Below, piece after piece: positions 12,860 to 24,585 of a DNA stretch of 64,000 bases. Below the pieces are notes generated by a model. The model was not told the DNA's origin. It searched no databases and was given only the letters and a program-made list of their open reading frames with translations. Source of the DNA: Octopus vulgaris (lineage: Eukaryota); NCBI GenBank assembly GCA_951406725.2, contig OX597826.1, positions 12,524,001 through 12,588,000 on the forward strand. Direction: 5' to 3'. The translations under genes and the position numbers were made by a program. Every line of letters starts with the position of its first letter. Positions within the stretch are counted from its first letter, which is position 1.

Positions 12860-13209
12860 GGTTACATATATTATATACTATATAATATATATATGTATGT
12901 ATGTATATGTGTGTGTGTGTGTGTATGTATATATACATACACACACTTATTTTCGTATATATGTTTATTATATTAAGGGAATTATATATATATATATATA
13001 TATGTATGTATGAGTGTGTATATGTATATATACATACACACTTATATACATATATATGTTTATTATATTAAAGGAATTATATATATATATATATGAAACA
13101 TGGTCACATATACTATATACTATATAATATATATATATATGTATGTGTGTGTATATGTATTTATACATACACGCACTTATATACGTATATATGTTTATTA
13201 TATTAAGGG

Positions 13210-13250
<41 letters not shown>
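12860..13250. repeat. Tandem triplication of a ~100-130-bp microsatellite-rich unit
   Basis: Anchor tatatatgtttattatatta(a)agggaattatatat occurs three times (~12956, ~13051, ~13186). Confidence 0.8.
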
Positions 13251-13254
<4 letters not shown>

Positions 13255-13697
13255 TACGCCTCACTTACACACGCACACTCACCCACACACATAGTTAAGT
13301 ATGTCTGTGTGTACGTTTCCATAAATAACTATGTATATATATAACAGCTTGAATCGTCGATATTGCTGTATAAGCATCCATAGGTGAGGATATGTGAAAC
13401 GTTTCTTCTTCTTGTTCTGATGAAAACCGACGCCGCCGTTCTCATTATCAGTTCAGTATATATTTAGTAAAAGAATCAAATCACAAAGAATCCTTAGATA
13501 AACTTCTTCAGATGATTTATGATTTCTCAGAGAAACAATTATCCGCCTACCGGAGTCTTTAAATCACAGATCTTTAATCTTCGTTGAAGCACATGATTGT
13601 ATTCGTTCTGTTCACAAACAGTGATTTCGTGTATGAGAGAACAATTATGTGGTCGTTCAGCTTACTGAAAGTAGCAGCTAAATTTCCTTAAGCTTGT

Positions 13698-14080
13698 TTC
13701 TCATACACATGGGTCTGGGTTCGGTCCCACTGTGTGACATCTTTGGGCAAGTGTTGTCTTCTGCTATAGCCTCAGCCAGACCAGAGCCTTGTCAGTGAAT
13801 TTGGTGGACGGAAATTGAATGAAGCCCGTTCTATGTATGTTTATGTATATATATATTGTATCTTCGTGTCTGTGTTTGTCCTCCCACTACCACAATTTGA
13901 CAACCGGTGTTGGTGTCTTTATGTCCCTGTAACTTAGTGGTGTCGGCAAGAGAGATAGAATAAATAACAGGCTTTAAAAATAGTACTAAGGTCGATTCAT
14001 TCGACGAAAAATTCTTCAAGGTGGTGCCTCAACACAGCCGCAGTCTAAAAACTGAAACAAGTGAAATATAAAAGATAAAA
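13698..14080 (+). mobile_element. SINE family B, older copy lacking its extreme 5' end
   Basis: gggttcggtcccactg...tttgggcaagtg...gacaaccggtgttggtg...ggtggtgcctc...actgaaacaag. Confidence 0.8.
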
Positions 14081-14770
14081 GATTAATATGAAATGAACAA
14101 TAGGATAATTCTATACTAGTACTAGAAGGGGCGTAATTAAAGGGTCGCTTAATCAGGCTTGACCTAAGGTTAAACAAATTTATCAAAACTTTGGTTAAAA
14201 CCTTTTGAAAATACATTCTTCGCTTAAGATACACATGAGTTTTAATCCTAAAAACTTTATTCAAAAAAAGATTGGTGGCAAAAGATCGAACAATTTCATG
14301 AGGCTTTCAGTAAATAGTCTCTAATGTTTCTGGATAATTTCTTGATTAAAATAATCATATCATAGGGCATGAAACAGCTGCAAAAGCTAATTAGGAAATT
14401 GTTATTTATAATAAGATTTGTGACAGATTAGTGAGACTGTTGCCGTCATTACAGCTTTCCCGCTTTTCGTTACGCTCACGTCCATCTTTCTTTATTTCTC
14501 TCTTATCTTTTCTCTTTCTTTCACACTTATTTCCTTTATCTTTCGCACTGTCTTCCACTCTCTGAAATGTAAAATTTCCAATTTGAGAAAACTCTAAGCA
14601 GACAATAAATATATATAAAGTTTACTTAATATATATCAAAACTGAAAGCAATATTTAATTTCCATATTTCTAATAATTGTTCTATATTGTTGACACTATG
14701 AATGCGATATTATGGACTTCTTATTCTAAGATTTAACCGCACAAATATACACATCTACATATATATACGT

Positions 14771-15076
14771 GGAGGCACATGACCTAGTGGTTAGAACAGC
14801 GGATTCGCGGTCGAGGGATCGCCGGTTCGAATCTCAGAGCGGACGATGAGCGTGTTTATGAGCGAAACACCTAAGCTCCACGCGGCTCCGGCAGAAGGTA
14901 ATGGCAAACTTCAGCTGACTCTTTTGCTACAACTTTCTCTCACTCTTTCCACCTGCATCTTGCAGCTCACCTGCGACGGACCGGCCTCCCATCCATGTGG
15001 GGAACCTATACGCCAAGGAAACCGGGAAACCGGCCCTTATGAGCCAGGCGTGGCTCGAGAAGGAACAAACAACAAC
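14771..15076 (+). mobile_element. tRNA-derived SINE family E, full length
   Basis: A box (tgacctagtgg), B box (ggttcgaatct); homologous to 59529-59830; (AAC) tail. Confidence 0.88.
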
Positions 15077-15355
15077 ACATATATACATGAGTCTCTATGC
15101 ATTGTACAATTTATCCTTCCTTGTTAATACATTTACGTTGTCATTCTAGGCGACTAAGTTTTTATTTCTAGTCGTCCAGAGATTATGCGGACGTTGCGTC
15201 AGTAGTTTCTCCTCGTTGGTTGTCTGAGTGGGTGTCGCCATCTCCGTAAAAATTGTAGAGCCCGTAGCCATATTTGGGTCTCGTATGAACTTGAAGACAC
15301 CGAACCACTAAAAACATAGATGAGAAGAATATTTATGACACTTCTATATATGCCA

Positions 15356-15640
15356 GGCGAAGGCGCATGTGTTAGAGGTTATGATATTCGGTTTGCGATC
15401 GTAAGGTCGTGAGTTCAATTCCTAGCCATGTGTTGTGTCCTTGAGCAAGACACTATTTCATGTTGCTCAAGTCCATTCAGTAGGCAAATAATGAGTACGC
15501 TGAATCTCCCCGAGGACTACGTTAAGGGTACACGTGCATGTGGAATGCTCAGGCGCTTGCACGTTAATTTCACGAGCGAGGTGTTCCGTTGATGGGATCA
15601 ACTGGAACCCGCGTCGTCGTCACTGATAGAGTGCCAGCAG
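15356..15640 (+). mobile_element. SINE with D-like head and the same tail as the C element at 32272-32500
   Basis: gagttcaattcc B box, ttgagcaagacact core; tail ttaagggtacacgtg..gtggaatgctcag..ttgcacgttaatttcacgagc..gatcaactggaaccc. Confidence 0.75.
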
Positions 15641-15885
15641 TATATATGCCTGGTAACGTTGAAATTTCTCGATATAAGGATGGTTTTGATGTAATTGCAC
15701 ATGGCAGAAAAAATCTGATGACATGGTTCGAAAACAAATGTCTACGTTGTATGTTAGGTTCCCATACACTGCTATATATACAGCATTTGCTAAAATCGTC
15801 CTTTCAATAACATCCAAATATCAGAGTAGTATTTTCTAGATGGCAACTCTTAATTGCCGTATCTCAATGGCAGTTGGATACATAA

Positions 15886-16080
15886 TTCTTTTATTCTTTT
15901 AATTGTTTCAGTCATTTGACTGCGGCCATGCTGGACTACCGTCTTAAAGTGTTCCTTAGTCGAAGAAATCGACCCTAGGACTTATTCTTTCGGTTTCTTT
16001 TGCTGAACCCTTAAATCACGAAGACGTAAACACACCAACATCGGTTGTCAAGTGATGGTAGGGAGACAAACACAAAGGCA
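15886..16080 (-). mobile_element. SINE family B 3' half
   Basis: tgtttcagtcatttgactgcggccatgctgg...gacgtaaacacaccaacatcggttgtcaag. Confidence 0.8.
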
Positions 16081-16122
16081 CATTCCTACCTCTCTCTCGC
16101 TCTCTCGCTCTCTCGCTCTTTG

Positions 16123-16174
<52 letters not shown>

Positions 16175-16379
16175 TTCATTATTCTTATGAATTAACTCTG
16201 AAATTGGGACCAATACGGTAATAACGGAATTTTTTAGGAATTTCCGTTGGTTTGTTTCGAGGCACGTGTTAATAGTGATACATTATAATGGTTATTGACA
16301 ATTTGTCTATTTTCGGCATATTTGGCATTAGAATTTTTTCTTTTGCCCTTATTTTATAATATATATATATATATAATTT

Positions 16380-17025
16380 GGTTTAAGAGGAGACAAAATT
16401 TAGATAATTATCCTATAGTTAGATTTACATCAACATAATAAATACATACAACACAGCAGATACACCAAGACAGGGAACATATCAATATATCATTTAGAAT
16501 AGAAATAAGAAATACCCGAAGTAGAAATATACGCGAGAGGTATAAATAAATAATGAGTGATACATCGATTGAAAATCCTATTAAATTTAGGCTTTTTAAA
16601 ATGTTGAATTAAGAATAAAAATTTGTAAGATGGCAGTGAGAAGTCTTAATGATGGAAGAGAAATAATAAGGATAAATTTGATTTAAGAGTTCTAAAGAAA
16701 TGTTTATAGAGGGTTATAAAACCATATAGGTATCTGATAAGATAGCCGTCGAATAACATAATGTATGTTAAGCTTACGTTTTCCTTTGTCTCATATTTCT
16801 TCGAACCTTGCTTCTATTTCCTTATTTCCTGACGAAGGGGACATTGTCAGTGTAAAACTAAAGGATTAACACCATGCAGACAAATGGACTCTAGAAACGG
16901 TCGTCGAAATGCATTTTATATGGTGCTATAACCGTCTTTAAATATTGCTTTAGAGCTCTTAAAACAAATTTATCCTTATCATTTCTCTGACTTTTAAATC
17001 CATCATTAAGACTACTCACTGCCGT
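16380..17025 (+). mobile_element. Penelope-like element terminal relic with an inverted partial duplication
   Basis: Inverted repeat between 16632-16728 and 16917-17023 flanking a hammerhead-like motif; bounded by (TA)n. Left boundary uncertain. Confidence 0.5.
16824..16910 (+). ncRNA. Type I hammerhead ribozyme-like motif with extended stem II
   Basis: Stem I ATTTC/GAAAT; CTGACGA (16829-16835); imperfect stem II AGGGGACATTGTC/GACAAATGGACTCT; GAAAC (16894-16898)-GGTC-GTC (16903-16905). Confidence 0.6.
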
Positions 17026-17230
17026 TGATGTATATATATATATACAAATTACACGAACGTGTATAAACAGGAGATACAAATATTACAGGTAGTTCCCCCC
17101 ACACACTAACTAAACATAGACACGCATAGAGGTATACGCATGCGCAAATGAAGACACATACAATAGGAATACAAAATGGCTGACTGTTAGTAAGGAGAGA
17201 CACACAAATAAGAAAGAAGAAAGCAAAGGA

Positions 17231-17270
17231 CCACTGATGAGGTCACAGAAGTGTGACGAAAGAACTCTGG
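17231..17270 (+). ncRNA. Minimal type I hammerhead ribozyme-like motif
   Basis: CCA-CTGATGA-G-GTCACA-GAAG-TGTGAC-GAAA-G-AA-C-TC-TGG: stem I CCA/TGG, 6-bp stem II, 2-bp stem III, CUC cleavage triplet. Confidence 0.65.
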
Positions 17271-17394
17271 CCGAAATAAGATTAAGATTAATGTAAAAAA
17301 TAAATAACGCTGAAGCAAATATACAGTGTGTTTTTATTGGCTAAACTGGCAAAATGACCATTCCGAAATACAACAACATATATATATATATATA

Positions 17395-17551
17395 CATGAC
17401 ATTCTTCTTTCAGTTTCTGCCAACCATGTCCACACACAAGGCTTTGGTCGGCACGATGCTCTAGTAGGAGATACTGGCCTAAGGTGCGACGCATTGGGAC
17501 TGAAACCGGAAAGATGTAGTTGAGAAGCAAGTTTCTTACGACGCAGTCACG
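17395..17551 (-). mobile_element. SINE family B 5' half (degenerate)
   Basis: ttctttcagtttctg...cacaaggctttggtcggc...gggactgaaaccggaa. Confidence 0.75.
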
Positions 17552-17821
17552 ACAAAGTTCAGGAGTCATTTAAATCTTCATTATCCTACAAATTCTGCAA
17601 ATGGTTTTCAACGTTGTTAAATAGAAAGCTGTATTGTAGAACAATCAAATGAAATGAGTATTATCTTTTATTTCCTTCAGTTTACTCTTCTTTGTACATG
17701 GAACAGCAGGGCTAATTTACTCTAAGCCACACACACACAGACGCACCCACAGGCACCCATTCGCACGCACACACACACATACACACAAACACACACACAC
17801 ACATACACACACATATATATA

Positions 17822-17979
17822 TACGACGGGCTTCTTTCAGTTTCCGTCTACCATATCCGCTCACAATGCTTTGGTCGGCACGAGGTTATAAGTAGAAGAC
17901 ACTTGCCCAAGGTGTCACGCAGTGGGACTGAACCCGAGACCATGCGGTTGGTACGCAAGCTACTTACCACACAGCCACA
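17822..17979 (-). mobile_element. SINE family B 5' half
   Basis: acgacgggcttctttcagtttccgtctacc...gacacttgcccaaggtg...ttaccacacagccac. Confidence 0.85.
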
Positions 17980-17990
17980 CAGATACGTAT

Positions 17991-18021
<31 letters not shown>

Positions 18022-18187
18022 CGTATCTGCGTGTGTGTGTGTTTGTGTGTATATATTTTCAAGTACACTTTCATGTACAAATGGGAGTTTGCATTCTGTT
18101 TTATTCATTTGATCGACTATAATTCATTGTGAATCTGCAAATAGTTACTCGCGAATATCTGACCTAAGAGACAACAAAGAGAATGTA

Positions 18188-18324
18188 CGCATACACACAC
18201 ACATACATACACACATACATACATACATACATACATACATACACACATACATATACATATCTACATAATATATATATATATGCATGTATGCATATATGTA
18301 TACGTGCATACATATATATATGTT

Positions 18325-18390
<66 letters not shown>

Positions 18391-18398
18391 TATATATG

Positions 18399-18430
<32 letters not shown>

Positions 18431-18432
18431 CA
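18188..18432. repeat. Compound (CA)/(CATA)/(TA) microsatellite
   Basis: Directly visible. Confidence 0.95.
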
Positions 18433-19539
18433 CCAAGGTGATCTAATTCATACATACGTACTTACATGCACGTGTACATGTGTATCATTGCTTGTGTGTT
18501 AAATCTTCCCGCCAGATATCGAATTGCATCTCTAAGATGAAAGAGGGAATTATTCATAAATATGATTCCTTCCTGTCTCTTACATTTTATAGTTATACCA
18601 ATTCCGATTTCAGCTTCCTCTTGTCACTAAGCTAATTTACTAATTTAAAATACAGCAAAACATTTGTTGCCTTTGATACGCTTAGAAACAACTACAAAGA
18701 CTATATATCGAGACGTATTAACTTATATACCTTTTTATCTGTATAATAATTTAGTTAAATATATTTAAGCCTTTCAAACTGTTTTCTGAATCGCTTGCTA
18801 CTATTTGCTTTCAATTCTTCGTCTTTTGAAAATATCTGGTTACTATTGAAATAGTTACATTCATAAAAATATTTGTACGATAAAATTCAAATATGCTTTT
18901 GATATTCAGCGGAATAATATGAGGCAATTACGGAGAAAACATCTTACCATAATATAGCTTTTATAAAGAGTTGTATGACAATTTTATTCAGTATTCTATT
19001 CAGACGTTATTAAACGATATATTTGAAAACTTCTAACGTTGTGAAGTACACAAGAAACATTGAAGTATACATCAATTCATTTCAATGTGCATAATTCTTT
19101 CCTTATGATCTTATTTTCGTTTTCTGGAATGTTTCCGTTTAGCTATTTCTACTCAAATAAGCAATTTGGTCTGTCTTTTTACTCACTTTAGACACGAAGT
19201 AAAACATGAAAAAAATTTGAAAAATATTTAGTAGTCCTAAGGCGAGAAAAAAATCACTAGATTTCGAATGGCATCACAGCAAACATTTTGACACTTTGAT
19301 GTAAACATTTGTGCAAAAATGTAACAGATACACTTTAATACAAAAGATAACAACAGCTGCATAATACAGAATGATTATAACATAGTATCCTGGCGAATAC
19401 TTACAGTGAAAAATATGGAACTATAAATTTTTTCAATAGATCGACTTTAGCCCCACTCAGATTAGGTTTTAGAAGGAGTCTTGGTTGTCATGCTCAACTA
19501 AAGAATATTTGATTTCTTTGTTCAATGAAGCAGTGCATA

Positions 19540-19710
19540 TTTGGAATGGAAATTGTATTTGGATGAAACCAATAGACGAAGATTAAATCCGAATAGTAAT
19601 ATATCCTCCACAGAAATGCTTGTAGCTACAAATAACAATGAGATTGGCCATTATTGTACAGAAGAAAATGAAGGGGAAACACTACCGATTCTTGGTGTTC
19701 ATTACCATTG
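19540..19710 (+). pseudogene. Possible heavily decayed Penelope-type reverse transcriptase fragment
   Basis: In-frame EWKLYLDET...HYCTEENEGETLPILGV resembles the PLE RT motifs WxRYVDD and FTxExExxxxLPFLDV with similar spacing. Confidence 0.3.
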
Positions 19711-21019
19711 ATAGAACGTGCTTAACATCGAAATCGTTACAATAAAGCTATTTGACATAAACATTCTCATAAACTATTAGTCATGACGTATTCATAGATA
19801 TAAAAGTTCCATTTTTTAAACATTTATTTTTATCCAAACATACTCATTTATATTTGAAAAAACATAACATTATTTTGTACATCTACCATTTTATGATATC
19901 ACGTCGCTATTGATTATCTTTTTTTAACAAACTACTTATGGGGTTTTACAATAAGTCAATGCTTAATATTTACATTAATATTTCCATTTGGTTCTATGGC
20001 TCTTCATTTTGAGTTTAAATAGCACCAAGGTGGATTTCAGTATCAATAAAAATGCTCGTTGTTTAAATACTAGTTGGTTTGGCATTTCGTTGTCAATGAA
20101 ATAATACATTATATTATACAATCAGTATTGTGTATAAAATAATTGCTTTATGGCATCACGGGTGGCATCGTGGTTAAGGCTTTGCACTCACGGTTACTGG
20201 GCGTTGTGATGTGTTCTTGAGCAAAAAAAATAATAATTTGACGCCGCTGTAAAGTAAACGAAGCAATCCTATGACGGACTCGCCTCACGTTCAAGGATCT
20301 GTTGTGACCTTTGTCACATATATACCATCGAAAGCAGAAAACGAATCTTCTGAATGATAGAACTCAGCACAGGGTTCCCGTTTTTAATTCACCACCATTT
20401 AGACCTCAGCTATTACCACACCAAGATTTACTTAACATTTTATCATTTCAACATTGATAAGATAAGCGCTTCTCATGTACTGGAATTGATGCAGTCGGCT
20501 GTACCCATTTCCTTCACAATAATAGCCGAGTGTTATAAAATTTATGCTGGTCATTACATAACTTTCGGTCTCCCATTGTTCATATTTCAAACCCTGTTAG
20601 ATTTTGCTTTCCTGTTTAGGTTTTAGTCAGTACTGATTGGCCAGACGGGACCACAGACATTCCATGCATGGTAATTCCATCATTCTTGTATTCAGTTAGA
20701 TTATACCTGGGACTATAATATAAAATACTTCCATTTAAGACTCGACTCAGTCTTGTGTTGGTATTTTGTTTTTAATAATCAACTAACTTACTACTTGTAA
20801 ACTAACTTAAAACAGGGACTTAGGCATATAGGTGATTTTTCCATGACTTTTGCTATGACTTTTTGTCACGCCGACAGAATGCATAGGAGGCACACCCGCT
20901 GGTTAATTTACTCCTATTGAACCGTGATAAAAGTAATTTATAGTGTTGCCGAATTACTTGAATAAAACCACTTTAGCATATAAATAGGCTAATGTAACGA
21001 TCCAGACGAATAGCTTTAC

Positions 21020-21250
21020 AGTGTAAGTGTTCAACCCGCTAGAAGTAGCAATGAACCAAATAAACCCTCACATTATATCGTGTTGCAGCTTCAAAATAAA
21101 CGGTCATGTAGAATACTGTAGTCTTGCATGCACTATATCTGGAAGTACATAAAAATGAAGAATTAATAAACATGGAGTGATCTTCGCTGGAATGCATTTA
21201 ATTAAAGGCCTCCTCAATCGGGACTGCCTTGGAGCTAAAGAAAAGCAACA
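21020..21250 (+). mobile_element. Old dispersed repeat (family F, probable SINE tail) ending in (AAC)n
   Basis: gctagaagtagc...gctggaatgcattt...ggagctaaa then a CAA tail; related degenerate pieces at ~20610-20740(-), 31095-31200(-), 50150-50460(-), 52080-52330(+). Confidence 0.5.
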
Positions 21251-21669
21251 GCAGCGATAACAGAGACAATGGAAACAATATAACGACATTGAAACAAGAA
21301 CAAGAACATAAACAACAAAAACATCCTCAACAGCAAAAACAACAACAACAACAACCACCATCACAATCACAACAGCGACAACAACCTAATAGGTAATAAC
21401 GTGATATTTTATTATATTTACGCCGAGCTATATTCCTCTATTCCATAATGGCGTATCAAAGGGAAAATCACAACAATCAGCTTCACTAATAACAAAAGAT
21501 AAGAGACTGCGTTCGAAAAGGATGGCACCTGATCCGTGCACTGTTTCTGTGGCTTCAATAGGTAATTGTAGATGCTGAATAGAACGAGAGACACTTATCT
21601 AAAATATCACATTAATTTTAAAGATGTGGCGCTGCTTAATTTAACTACAAGTGCTTGTGGATTTTTACC

Positions 21670-21672
21670 ACT

Positions 21673-21707
<35 letters not shown>

Positions 21708-21860
21708 AACACACACATTTATATATACCCAAACATATATGTATACATACATAGATACATACATACATACATAGACATACACAAATACGCATATGCTTAT
21801 ATGTCTCGTATCTCACTCGCTATCTTTGTCTGTGTCTCTCTAACTATATTTACCTCTCTA

Positions 21861-21911
<51 letters not shown>

Positions 21912-21932
21912 ATATATATATATCTATATATA

Positions 21933-22009
<77 letters not shown>

Positions 22010-22035
22010 GTGTGTGTGTGAGCGTGTGTGTGTAT
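21670..22035. repeat. Compound microsatellite (CA, CATA, CT, TATC, TA, TG)
   Basis: Directly visible. Confidence 0.95.
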
Positions 22036-22305
22036 GTAGGTACATAATACATATACGTACGAAAACACACACATAGGTGTAACGTGTTTGTATATTCGTC
22101 CATACTTACGCACTAACAAATCTCGTCTTGTCTTTTTACTCTTTATCTGACATTCACCAATTCCATATTTTCTCCTCCCCACTTTAACGTTCTTCCATAC
22201 GTGAGTGTGGTGGGGTGTGATACCTGTATCTATTTACCTATGTAGCTATTTATCTACCTGTCTATCTATCTTTCTGTAGGTATAAAAAAATATATATATG
22301 TTTGC

Positions 22306-22355
<50 letters not shown>

Positions 22356-22367
22356 ATATATATATAT

Positions 22368-22483
22368 ATCACGTGATCACGTGACCGACCAGTCCATCAG
22401 ATGTTGTTACACATCGCTGGTCACAATGCGTTCGCATTGTTTTAGCCTTCGAATGACGCCACCCCGCTGGCTAAGCGAGCAGG

Positions 22484-22487
<4 letters not shown>
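22368..22487 (-). repeat. 120-bp structured dispersed element embedded in (TA)n, copy 1
   Basis: Closely similar to 37835-37957 in the opposite orientation; contains hairpins and a TTAGCC/GGCTAA pseudoknot pairing. Confidence 0.8.
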
Positions 22488-22527
<40 letters not shown>

Positions 22528-22679
22528 TTTATAGGTACACCATATCAAACATTCTATAAATACATACATACATGCATACATACATATATATATATACAAA
22601 CATTGTTTGTATATACACATACATATGTATATATGTATATATACATGTATATTAACATTCAACAGTGTATGTAAAGAGG

Positions 22680-24330
22680 TTGTGAAGGTTGTGTAAGGAA
22701 AGAGGAGAATAGCCTGGCTTGGTATGTCAAGGAGACTAAACAAAAAAAATTTTGAAGCAGTGAAAATGCAGGGAACCTTAAAAGTGAACGAAACCGTAGA
22801 TCCAACACAATTTAAGAAAGACCTGAGAGAGCAGATGAAGAAACTTTGGCAGGACAAGAAGATATACCGTCAGTTCTTGAAGAATAAAGATGAGATTGAT
22901 TGGAATAGAACCTGGCAATTGCTGCAGAAAGGAAACTTAAAAGGGCCCACTGAGGTATTAATGTGCAGCGGACAAGAACAAGATCTGAGAACAAACTACT
23001 CCAAATTTCACATTGTTAAAAGAATTGACTCGTCACAGAGTAGGATAGGCTCTGAGAAGGGAGTAAGTATAAGACATATTTGTCAGTGAGTGCTGCAAGC
23101 TCGCACAAAGCGAATACAAAAGGAGACACGACAATGTGGCTAAATATGCCCACTGTCTGTTGTTCAGTGATCTCATCATCCATACTCTCAACAATACGCT
23201 CTTAAATATGGTTTCTGATTACAAATATCTTGGGTCATACATATCATCATCTGAAAAAGATTTTATAACTAGAAAGGGTATGGCCTGGTCAGCCTGTAAT
23301 GATATGCATAAGATCTGGTCATCAAATCTAAGTAGAGATTTCAAACTTAAAATCTTCAAAGCCACAGTCGAACCAATTCTAATATTTGGCTCAGCAACCT
23401 GGACGTTGTCAAGGAAGCTTGAGAGGCGGTTGGATGGAACTTACACTCGCCTCCTTATGAGAGCTCAAAATATCTCGTGGAAGCGTCATCCAACCAAAGT
23501 ACAAATATATCGGAAATTACCACCTGTATCATCTCTTGAGAAAGGTAGAAGAGTCCAGTTTGCTGGACATTGTTTTAGAGCTGAAAACTAGGTAATCTCT
23601 ACTCTTCTCCTCTGGAAGCCATCTGCTCGCGATACCAGAGGGCGTACACTCTCCTACCCTGATGTAATCTCCAGGGATACAGGCATCCAGCAAAAGGACA
23701 TCCGTAATGCTATGATGGACCGTGAAGTCTGGCGTAACATAGTAAATTCCATTGTCTCAACCACGGTCGAACAATGGTGATGATGATGTTGTTCGGTAAA
23801 GCAAACCTCGAGAGAGCCGAACAATGGTAGAACACAAGCCAGAGGGAGTAATGGAAAATGAACATTACAAAATAATCTGGGATTTTAACATGCAGTGTGA
23901 CCAAGTCATGGAGCGAGACGACCAGATATCGTGCTCATACACAAAGATGAAAAAGAAATAAACATAATAGATGTTGCAATACTAGGCGATTCGAAACGTA
24001 AAGAAATTGAAAAGACTGAGAATTACCAGCCACTGGGAGACGAGATAGGAAAGTTATGGTGCATGAGAAAAGTAATGGTGATACCGGTGGTAATCGGAGA
24101 GTTAGGAGACGTTTCGAAGGGCTTTGAAAAACATATTTAGAATATTGGAGCTGCTGTCAGGCACGAGGTGATCCAGAAGACAGCATTGTTGGGTACATCT
24201 CGCATTCTAAGGAGAGTATTGTCTCAAGTCACAGGAGAAGGCACTACCTGAAACCGTTGGTGATTTGTTTTTGCCTGCTTTCAAGTAAAGAATAACCGGT
24301 AATTGAGAACTATCCGAGAGTCTTTCAGAA
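22680..24330 (+). mobile_element. 5'-truncated, decayed R4/Dong-like non-LTR retrotransposon (zinc knuckle plus restriction-like endonuclease), interrupted by an RTE fragment
   Basis: Frameshifted peptides EENSLAWYVK, WQDKKIY, LKGPTEVLMCSGQEQDLRTNY, HICxxCxKLAQSEYKRRHDNVAK, WDFNMQCDQ..RRPDIVLIHKDEKEINIIDVAI, EKTENYQPL, IPVVIGELG, IQKTALLGTSRILRRVL; followed by a trinucleotide tail. Confidence 0.85.
23169..23786 (+). mobile_element. 5'-truncated RTE-clade LINE nested in the R4-like element
   Basis: YKYLGSYI...KIW...VEPILIFGSATWTL...LDGTYTRLLM...RRVQFAGHCFR...LLWKP; (TGA)n tail; 11-bp TSD tgttgttcagt (23158-23168) / tgttgttcggt (23787-23797). Confidence 0.9.
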
Positions 24331-24406
24331 TAACAAAAACAAGAACAAGAAAAAGAAGAAGAAGAAGAACAACAACAACAACAACGACAACAACAGCAAC
24401 AACAAC

Positions 24407-24483
<77 letters not shown>

Positions 24484-24585
24484 TGATGATGATAATAATA
24501 ATAGTAATAATAATAATGATGATAATAATAATAGTAATAATAATAATAATAATAATGAGGAGAAGAAGACGAAGAAGAAGAAGAA
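24330..24585. repeat. Compound trinucleotide microsatellite GAA/CAA/TAA/TGA/GAA at the R4-like 3' end
   Basis: Directly visible. Confidence 0.95.
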
